A stretch of DNA of 63,025 bases, counting the filler, from Bipalium vagum (taxonomy: Eukaryota): the NCBI GenBank assembly GCA_037834085.1. It is 3 parts of 3 records of this genome, joined end to end, with 100 filler letters (N's around TTAATTAATTAA, not from the genome) between each part and the next. Parts side by side here need not be neighbours in the genome. Positions count along the whole stretch, not along the records: positions 46,962 to 63,025 come from JBBMKC010128782.1; 2 more parts are not named here. One strand, 5' to 3'. The translations under genes and the position numbers were made by a program. The notes below the pieces were generated by a model. It was not told the origin of the DNA, searched no databases, and was given only the letters and a program-made list of their open reading frames with translations. Of this stretch, positions 54,366 to 63,025 are shown one piece after another; the stretch's first letter is position 1, and every line of letters starts with the position of its first letter.

Positions 54366-54850
54366 TTCCTTTATCAAATCTCTTCATTTCATTTATAATT
54401 TCTTTTGAATCCTACTTTTCCTTCCTTTGCAAGTTTTGCCACATCTCTTTGTCATTACAACAGTGTAGCAATTCACTTTTTAGCGTTTCTTTGTACCACG
54501 TGTACTCCATTAATCGGTCAGCAAATTCCGAGATTCTTTTCACATACACATCTTCTTCTCCACGCTTATAATTGAAAGCTTCTTTCAGGTCTTTCATCCT
54601 TGATTTTACTTTCCCGAATGCCTTTCTCATTCGTTCTCCATAGTCCGTCTTTGGATCAGTTAATTCTCTTGCAGTTCGTTTTCCATCAATCCAATGACGG
54701 CTAATCCTCTAACGTTATTGGGTAATCCCAACATGTTGAAATAATCTTTACATTTGTGTAGAAACTTATCGACATCATCTGATCTTCGAAATAAGTCATG
54801 CCTAAATTAAATGATCAAGATTGTCGTATTCACCTTTTTGTCTAGCAGAC
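54366..54850 (-). mobile_element. Gypsy gag-like remnant
   Basis: DDVDKFLHKCKDYFNMLG...MRKAFGK..EAFNYKRGEE..ELLHCCNDKE; GC content and strand match the pol at 47209-48356. Confidence 0.6.
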
Positions 54851-55559
54851 AAATATTTTCTTTAAGTTATAAATAGATATAACGATGTTGTAGACCATGA
54901 AGTTGAATCAAGTATATTCTTTGGTTTAAAAATTTTAAAACCATTCTCAGAATTTTTTTAACTCTAACTCTAACTGATAGTTATAAAAATAGTTTTCAGT
55001 ATACTTACCTTTAAAATTCATGTAAATTCTTTTCTAAATATAATTTTTTGTTTTTATTTATAACTGGAATATTTGTTTGATTTATTTTTAAAATATTTTC
55101 ATGGACCGATAGTTTTAGCACTTTTTATATTTTTGTCAGAAATAAATATTTTTGAATAATGATCACCATTATATGTTGGTGGTTCTTCTTAAACTTTTTA
55201 TCAAGTACAGTCTTTTCTTTATCTTCATCTTTATTTCTATTGGATTATTTTTAAACGTTATCGCTTGTTGATCTTTATCTTTTACAACTTTTTGTTTTTC
55301 TAATTTATCAGACAATGTTTTGTGCTTAGCGCATCAGTCACAGTTTTATGAAAATTTGTTAAATCTTGTTGTAATCTTATTTCTGCACCACATTGATTTA
55401 ATAAAGAAGTGTTATTTAAATTCTTCCCTTCCAGAAATATGTTTTGTTTAATTTTTACGCCAAGATCAATGACATTTTGACTTGCATCCATTTTCAAAAT
55501 TTTAACATGTAATATATTTCACTTATTTAAATTTTCTATCTTCTCTTTATACTGTTTTT

Positions 55560-55910
55560 TAATCTCCTTTTTATTTTTTTAAATCTTATTATTTAATTTT
55601 CCAATAATAGTTCCATTTTAATTTTTTAAAAATATGATCTTTACCTTTTTATTTACACTAATTTCATTTAGTAAATCTTTTCTAATTTGTTTCAAATATT
55701 TTAAATTTAAAACATCATCATTTTTTGGATCTTCTACATTTATTATTATTCATAATTATACTTTCTATCATGTCATCGCCAGTAACATGGAAAAATTTAT
55801 TTTTAAATTCAGTCTGAATAAAAGTAAATTCTTCTCTTATTTTATTATTTTTATTTTTATAATCATCACTAAAATAAGAAGTTTTAAAATGTCAAATTAT
55901 TATTTTCCAT
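55560..55910 (-). pseudogene. fibre-like virion protein remnant 2, related to 53870-54145
   Basis: YFSDDY..NKIREE..NKF..TGDDMIESIIMNNNK..INVEDPKNDDVLNLKYL. Confidence 0.55.
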
Positions 55911-55964
55911 TTTTTAATATTTTTATTGAGACCTTGCCTCTAATCACAATGATAACAATATAAA

Positions 55965-56518
55965 AAAACCTAGAGATTCTCCACCTTGATTGAGTCTTTT
56001 CTATATAGTAGAGTTATCCGTACATCTTGTGTAATCTTAAATATTGGCGACATGGCCTACCCACTCTCCAAAACCTTTGGTTTCGCTTCTTTTTCCAGCA
56101 TAATTCTAGTGACATATCGCTCCTCATTTAGCCAAATAACTGATATTTCGTTTGAGCATTCTCCAGCCCTCCTCAATTGGACGTTTACTAATGCATACTT
56201 ATAGCTGGATATAATTTTCCCCTTAATTCTGGAAAATACTTCTTGGTCTGATAAAAGCATACGCGCTACTGACACTGGATTTCTAGTTGTTCTTCTAATC
56301 TAATCTTGACAATTTAGCTTTGCAGTTGTCAAGATTAAATCATTTTTGGAAAAATGATAAATTACTATTTTTATTATTATTATTTCATTTCCGACCCTTT
56401 TGTGGTTTTCATAATTAATTGATTAATATTAAAAATATTCCACACCCCTTTATGGTCTTTAACAGATAATTTAATAATAATGAGGGTTAACGGGGAAGTG
56501 CCTTTGGCTAACACAAAA
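55965..56518 (-). repeat. LTR-like repeat copy B (inner boundary uncertain)
   Basis: 56295-56518 is homologous to 46975-47208, including a shared hairpin. Confidence 0.6.
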
Positions 56519-57605
56519 ATAACATATTCTCAGATTTCATAATTTTGGTTTTCATTTTGAAAGAATCATATTCCAAAAAATTTCATAGAATTCTTCTACA
56601 TTCTTTTTTTAGTTATTGTACCCAAATCATTTTAGAGAAATATAATTCAGTATGTGGGTCATGATACATTCATTATCTACAAACACATTAGGTGTACAAA
56701 TTACTAATTTTGGGCTTTCAATTTTCAGTTATATTAAAACTACTCTCATTAATTTATTATTTATACCTTTAAAACTGACTGTGGCTCTTAAATTTAATCA
56801 AACCCTTAGAAATATTAATTTTAAAATTTTATAAAAATCACTGATTACACAGAAAACATTGTACAAGAGAAAGAATTATAAAATCACAAGCGATAGATAA
56901 GTGTTAACTCTTCCTGAATGAATATTTGAAAACTAAGCCAAATACAATAAAATAATATAATTTAAACAAAATGTAAATAAAATAATCCTAGCACACCATT
57001 ATATCTAAGACTTTTAGTGTCAAAGAATAACTAATGATAAGTATTTAACATGTATTATGTAAAACTAAATTAAATGTAGTCAGGAAATTTTTTAGTTTTA
57101 TAATTAAAATTCGAAGTAATAATTTTTACATCAGTTCCATAAAAAATAAGAATTTTACAGAAATCAATAGAAAACCTAGTTATGAAACCTTGAAATATAA
57201 ATACTTTGGATTTTGAAATTCAAATAATATATTGTAAAGGAATATATGTATTAAATTTAACATATTTCAATATTGACTTGCAAACAGAAATATTGTTCAA
57301 CCAATACTCAACATAATTAATGTCTTAGCAAATAGATAAGTATCAAATTAATTCTATAACAAAAACTAATAATATGAAAATCAGTATTAAAAAAACTTAA
57401 TAACTTATTTAAGTTTAATATTTGACACTTATTTTAAACAAATATTTAAATAATTTTTACCAGTGAATATTAAGAATTGATTACGAAATCTATGCATCAA
57501 TAATTAAAGATTAATCAATTATAAATTGTATAAATCATTTATCTTACAACGTATTGGTTGCTTACAAATATAAAAATCGTAATTTAACTCATTTTGAAAA
57601 TCAAT

Positions 57606-57949
57606 TTAGTATTTATAATCACTTTTAACTTGATTAAAATATTTGATCAGAGATTGAATGGCATATATACAATTATCATCAGGTTCAGATATCGATGAAA
57701 CATGAGTAAAATCTATAAGCTTCACCAGAACATTTGAATTACAATAACCATTCATTTCTTGGGTTTCATTGTATGTAGTTTTTAAATAATTAGGATCTCC
57801 ACTTTCATAAGCCATTAAAATAGACGAAGCGATGAATCCCAATTGGTTTTGTTTCAGAAACCAATCCAATAGGCCTTGCAGGTTTAAAATAAATTTATCG
57901 GCAAGATAAATAGCTCTATGATGGTTTGAACCAAGAAACTTTTTAATTC
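57606..57949 (-). CDS. IPMK: inositol polyphosphate multikinase, last exon
   Basis: LLDWFLKQ..FIASSILMAYE (SSLL motif), VKLIDFTHV (IDF motif), DDNCIYAIQSLI; ttttcag acceptor; stop at 57606. Confidence 0.88.
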
Positions 57950-58149
57950 CTGAAAATATAAAAATTACAAAAAGAATACAATTCCAAAACAAACTAAAGT
58001 AATTAAAAGTATTTCAAACTAATTAAACACGCAAGTTTATTTTCCAGAAAATTCAATTCGATTCGCAAACTTAAAAGTTTTATAGTGGACCCAAAGCAGA
58101 GTCATCAATTTAAATGGATTTACCTTTTTATAATCCAAAATACATTCAG

Positions 58150-58990
58150 TAATAACAATTTTCGATAAATAACGGTTTAGGTACTAATTTTTAAAAACTA
58201 TTTATAATTTCTGTTATAAATGAAATGGGCAGCTATCATGACCCGCGAAAGAAATGGTAGGCCGTAGAAGACGTGTAATGATGATCGTGTAATCAGTCGA
58301 TCTATGGTTTTAATTTTTAATAAATTGTGTAGGACAGCAGATGTTCGAAAGAATTTCTTATATACTGGAATAAATCTCCACAGCAGCACGATTAGAAGAC
58401 GCACCAGTACATGGATTTGAAAACTTTGAAGTCTGCAAAAAAATCTCTCCTAACTCAAGGAAGAAGAAATTACAATTTGTGAAAACCTACCGACATTGAA
58501 CCTCAGAAAATTGGAAGAAAGTAATCTGGTTTGATGAGTGCTGCTTAAACCTGTTTGGACTTTATTCTCAAAATGTTCGCAAACCAACTGATGGAAGGTA
58601 CAACAAAAGGTACATACAACCGACAATGAAGCATGCAGACTCCCTGATGATATTAGGTTGCATTAGTGCCAATGGTCCTGGTGAAGAAGAGAGAAAATAA
58701 CAAAAATGGACTTCAAAGTGAACACAGACATAATACATAGAAAGCTGGCAAAATCTTTGGAAAATCTGGATTGTAATATTTTAATGCAGGATTCCGTGCC
58801 ATTTCATGTTTTAAAAGTAAGAATTCGTTAAGAAATCATAACTTTGGAGTGACCTGGATATTTCCCAGACTTAAATCCCTTAATAGACATATGGAAAAAA
58901 TGAAGGAATTAATTTCCCAAAGATAGTCAATCAACCGTCAGCAACTATATGTAATAAAATCTGTTTTCCGTATAGAAATAAACAGCAAGG
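58150..58990 (+). mobile_element. decayed Tc1 (DD34E) transposase in IPMK intron
   Basis: WKKVIWFDEC, PTMKH..LMILGCIS..GPG, MQDSVPFH, PGYFPDLNP. Confidence 0.8.
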
Positions 58991-59140
58991 TCTAAGTGAT
59001 CTTAAGTAATATAATTTTTTTAAAAATTAAATACTTTCAATTGATGCGTTTAAACAATAGCTTTCAGAAAAATGTATAGATGCTTATGTTTATTCAAGAT
59101 TTATCTCTTTTTGGTGTTAAAAGACAATTATATAAAAACT

Positions 59141-59420
59141 CTACGAATTTATGTTAAAACCTAATATAACATTCCATCTCATAACACAATAGAATCCTAC
59201 AAAATTATCTCGCCTTATTCTTGAAGCTGATGTTAAAATTATTTTCAAAATATTCGGAGTTTCAGAAATTAAATCTGTGGAAACACATTTCATCTTAGAA
59301 GACATTCGTTCAATTAGGTTCAGCATGTAACAGTATGGACACAGAAAAATCCATCGGATATTAGGGGATGGCATAAGATCTTGAGACATTCTTTTCCTAT
59401 GTGGCGCTGCATTATCTATA
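59141..59420 (-). mobile_element. IS630/Tc1-type transposase C-terminal fragment
   Basis: DNAAPH...IFLCPYCYMLNLIERMSSKMK (compare FLPPYSPxLNPIExxFSKxK). Confidence 0.7.
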
Positions 59421-59499
59421 AAAATAGTTTACTTCTCTAGATTTCCTTAACTTGTTAATTTAATTTCAAGATTTTTTGGATATTGAACAAAAGTTACAA

Positions 59500-60304
59500 C
59501 TCTGTACCCTCCCCTCTGAATGAGTAAGATAAAAGAAAGCCTTCATATTGGAATAACACCCGCTGAAATAATAAAATTTTTGGATACAAAATCCGCAATG
59601 TACGATGTAGCAAAGAGATACACGATCTCAAACAAATCTGAGGAGGCCACTGTGTCATTTCACTAAGGAGGATCTAAGGTAAAGAGTTTCCTAGTGCAAA
59701 TTGCTTCTTCACCCTGAAAAACGAAAATTCTAGCTGCATCCGTTTTATTCTCAGATGAAAAGATTTTTATTGTGAATGAAAAAGTGAGCAGAAAGAATGG
59801 CCAGTGGCCTGCTTAAAGCCCTAAGGATGTACCAACTAGTGTCTATGTCCTTAGAGTGGTTTCGAGTGAAGGCGATACTATGCCACCATTCTGTTTTTAG
59901 AAGTGTCAGAAAATCACCAAGGACGTTTATTTGAAACTCAGGAAGAAGAGTGTGGCCTCAAGAAGATCATATGTGTTTCAACTGCTCATTCAATTGGATT
60001 AGTTCAATTTTGGTCAAATGATTTATGGTCTCCTAACAGTCCAGAACTAAACCCCCTGGTCAATTATGTGCGGGGCATAATTGAAAGACAGGCAAATAAG
60101 TTCCAGCCTCCTAATACCGATTCTCTGATGCCGAATTCAGAATTATTAACTATGAGCAAAAAGAATTGAGCAACTGATAACGACAAATGGTGACTATATT
60201 GAATAAAAGGTATAGCAAATATGTCATAAATAAAAATGTCTACTAGTATTTCATTTTTTTATTATAAATATAAAACTGTCAAATTTATTTTGTCCGCAAC
60301 CTGT
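59500..60304 (+). mobile_element. decayed Tc1/mariner-superfamily element (maT/DD37D-like)
   Basis: FSDEKIF, VVSSEGDTMPPF, WSPNSPELNPLVNYV; ends ...caacctgta. Confidence 0.75.
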
Positions 60305-60651
60305 ATAAGTGCATAAATATGGTTTATTTAGTCCGATAAAAATATTTCACTTATTTCAATGCAATGTGAAAATATTAACTCGTTTTTTGTCCGCCAACAA
60401 ATAAAAATTATAAATTCTTTTCATCTTCATAAATTATGACAAAAAACTGTTTCCAGATGTTTCTTAACCAAAACCATTCATTTCAGGTGAGATATCGCAG
60501 AATATTTATGATAATTTTTGTTATATCTTAAATCAAAATGCAACATGTTGAAAATTATCATTAACATAAATTAAACAAACAGAAAGTTATGATATTATCA
60601 TCAAATAAGTATTTCATTTCTATTTTCTTAAAATATTATTTCAGAACTAAC

Positions 60652-60727
60652 CACTGGAATAAACTTGTTCTGGATTCAAACTTCTACCGTGATATCGGTC
60701 CATAAAAATTGGCTCAGGATCATTCAC
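60652..60727 (-). CDS. IPMK: inositol polyphosphate multikinase, penultimate exon
   Basis: tttaaag|VNDPEPIFMDRYHGRSLNPEQVYSS(G)|gttagt; GRSL motif; phase 1 matches the last exon. Confidence 0.75.
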
Positions 60728-60849
60728 CTTTAAAAACCATCTTTAAGACATGGTTATTAGAAAAATGTTAATATTAATAACCATTTTTAATAATTAAAAA
60801 AATCATAAAAAATCTAAATGATCGGTATCATAATTAAAATTTTAATTAT

Positions 60850-61500
60850 TAAAACTATCAAATAGGATAACCAGTCTAATAAATATTTATTTGAATTTTC
60901 TAATTCATGGACTTCGTTCAAATAAGTCGATTTCATAGGACTAATTCCGATACCAAAAATCTGCTGTCTTCTTAAACCAATTATATGCAGTCCGACGAAA
61001 AATAGTTTTTTTTCCAAAGGCCTACTGGTACGACATTGTGATTGATTTTGTAGGGCATTACCATATTGTAAATAAAGCGTAAGTATGGTGAATATGTAAA
61101 CACATCAAATAAATATACAGATATCAATTAAATAGCTTTACAACTACTTTCTTCGTTTTCTGATCATCCACAAGTTCTGAAAAAAACTCGAAATACTCTG
61201 CTTTATTACATTTAGTGTAACTGACAATTCTCGAGTTTGGTAAGGATTTTTTTTCAAGTCAGTTCCTGATGATTAATTTTTTTCTCACGTTCTCTGCCAT
61301 CGGTGTTGAAATAGCTGGTTTTGAATAGTCAAAACCACTTTTTGCTTGTTGTCCTCGATGTGGATTGTTAATCATACATTTCCTTAAGATCACAATGTGT
61401 TTCTGATGCACTTTTCTTCACAATGAAATAATGCAAAACAACTTCCAGGAAATACTGATTCGTCGGTAGAAGTGTCCAATTTGAAATCTATTAATAAAAA
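60850..61500 (-). mobile_element. possible Mutator/MULE-like remnant
   Basis: FDVFTYSPY..HNVVPV scraps resemble DGTF..P..F..VP; weak. Confidence 0.3.
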
Positions 61501-62169
61501 ATAGATGTCTTACTGATTTTAAATGCCTGAGTCAGCTTTCAAATGACATAAACTGTTTCAATCCCTTACAAAATTAAATTTTTGAATCTTTTTACAAGAT
61601 TCAATTTTTAAAAAATTAGAAAAAATTATCTTTTAATCTTGAAATTGTTCGTGAACAAAACCAATTGTGAATGAGATAAATATGAGCTTAATGATCACTC
61701 AAATCAACAAGCTAAAAAAATAATCTAAAATTATTTTGAATAAGTACGAACTTTTTGCTTAATAATAAAAACAAAGTACAATTACATTTATAATCATAAT
61801 CTATCTAGTCTGTGAAGCATATTTATAGTCGACTCTGAATAAAAGTAGCAATCCATTGATAAAAGAAAATTTTCTCTTTTAATTGCAATTATCTAAACAA
61901 AAACTAAAATCTGTATACATTAAAGAAAAATCTTTCTTTAGTAACGTCTAAGAAATAAAAACCATTTTGGGTTAAATAAACAAGAATTGCACAAATTTTA
62001 CTTATCGCTATTTGACCTATGATTCTTGCAAATACATTTTGAAAAGCACATATTTAAAGATAATAGAAAACTGATTTAGTATCATCTGATAATTGATTTA
62101 ATATTGGATTTAATTCCTATCGTTTTTTATAAAAATAAAGTCGATTACTTAAAAGTATCGAAAATTTTA

Positions 62170-62400
62170 TTTCAATCAACAACATATTATCCGTTGGCAG
62201 CTACAATTTTTGACCATCTTTCTGGTAAAGAATGGATTCCAAGCTAAAAGAAATCTTGATTCTTTGAAGCAATCCATTGATCCATCAATTTTAGACATCT
62301 TCATATGAATTGAAGGCCTGTCCAGCAAGAGAATTCTACAAGGACTGAAACAAGTGGAAGTCAGATGGCGATATATCTGGTGAGTACGGTGGATGAAGTA
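62170..62400 (-). mobile_element. mariner C-terminal fragment
   Basis: HPPYSPDISPSDFHLFQSL...GIHSLPERWSKIV. Confidence 0.85.
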
Positions 62401-62449
62401 GAAAAAAAATCAACACTTTATTTAATATACACTTTGGTTCAGTCTTAAT

Positions 62450-62720
62450 TTTCGATTTTTAAGCTCCGCACTGTTTAATATATTCTTTTCTGCCATCTAG
62501 TGTTGTGATTTGGACTGGATTGGTGTTGGTCTTATGTTTGCTAGTCATCGGCTAGTATTGGCGTTGAATCTTTTTTTCACCAATCATCGGCCAGATACGG
62601 GTATTAAACAAGTATTAAATCACCTTTTTTGAGGTCTTCTTCGGCTGCGCAGATCTTTCCGGAAATGGCTTACCACACAAAAACCAAAAGAAACCCAATA
62701 AAAATCGACAAACAAATCTT
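62450..62720 (-). mobile_element. Tc1-like fragment
   Basis: VFVW*AISGK and a degenerate FQQDNDPKH-like stretch. Confidence 0.4.
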
Positions 62721-63025
62721 AACTTACTCTAGAGAGTGTATTTCCTAATTCCCCCTCGATTTCAGTTAAAAATTAATATTAGATTTCTTTGAAGTCATAT
62801 TTATTAAGAAATTTTGTAAAGTTAATTAAAAGGAAAGAAATCTTTTGATTTTGGAGTCTTAATTAGGTTGTTCATTAATTTGATTATTTAAGTTATTAAT
62901 TTGATTATTATTATTATCAATTTTTTTATTAATTGTAATGATAATAATTAATATTAGGTGTACAAGTTGAAAATGACGTTTTTTAAGACTGTAAAAAAGT
63001 TTATTTTTTACAAGAATAAACAAAA

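Noticed and set aside
46962-56518. Treating repeats A and B as the paired LTRs of one recently active chimeric element
   Set aside because: The copies are substantially diverged, there is no PPT, RNase H or integrase, and a TSD cannot be tested because copy A runs off the segment; kept only as a hypothesis
59141-59420. Candidate IPMK exon with a ttttatag acceptor
   Set aside because: The peptide is a Tc1/IS630 DDE C-terminus
60814-61017. ORF with VGLHIIGLR resembling IPMK GFxxLGMR, as a further exon
   Set aside because: No suitable donor after the motif, no PxxxDxKxG motif nearby, and the region looks TE-derived

Overview
Very AT-rich animal (metazoan) genomic DNA. It consists of three segments (1-27323, 27424-46861, 46962-63025) joined by an identical artificial 100-bp linker (N44-TTAATTAATTAA-N44). 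Segment 1 carries a complete 8-exon Mondo/MLXIP(ChREBP)-family bHLH-Zip gene (1002-20560, +, about 704 aa). Its Mondo conserved regions, zipper and DCD are intact, but the E-box-reading basic motif (HxxxExxRR) is lost. Its introns and 3' flank hold decayed mariner, Tc1-like, pogo, hAT and Gypsy relics. Segment 2 has one ELAV/Hu RRM3 exon (-), several mariner/Tc1 relics and a TGT...ACA TIR-bounded integrase element (Ginger-like). Segment 3 begins with a nested, decayed Gypsy/Polinton (adintovirus-like) composite. In + coordinates it runs: LTR-like repeat, RT, aspartic protease, a 181-bp hairpin with Polinton-type AGT...ACT ends, protein-primed PolB, major capsid, packaging ATPase, penton, fibre-like gene, adenain, gag, a second fibre-like gene, LTR-like repeat. 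After it come the last two exons of an inositol polyphosphate multikinase gene (-) with TE-filled introns. No rRNA, tRNA or CRISPR array was seen. All family calls come from motif recognition by eye, and TE boundaries are approximate.
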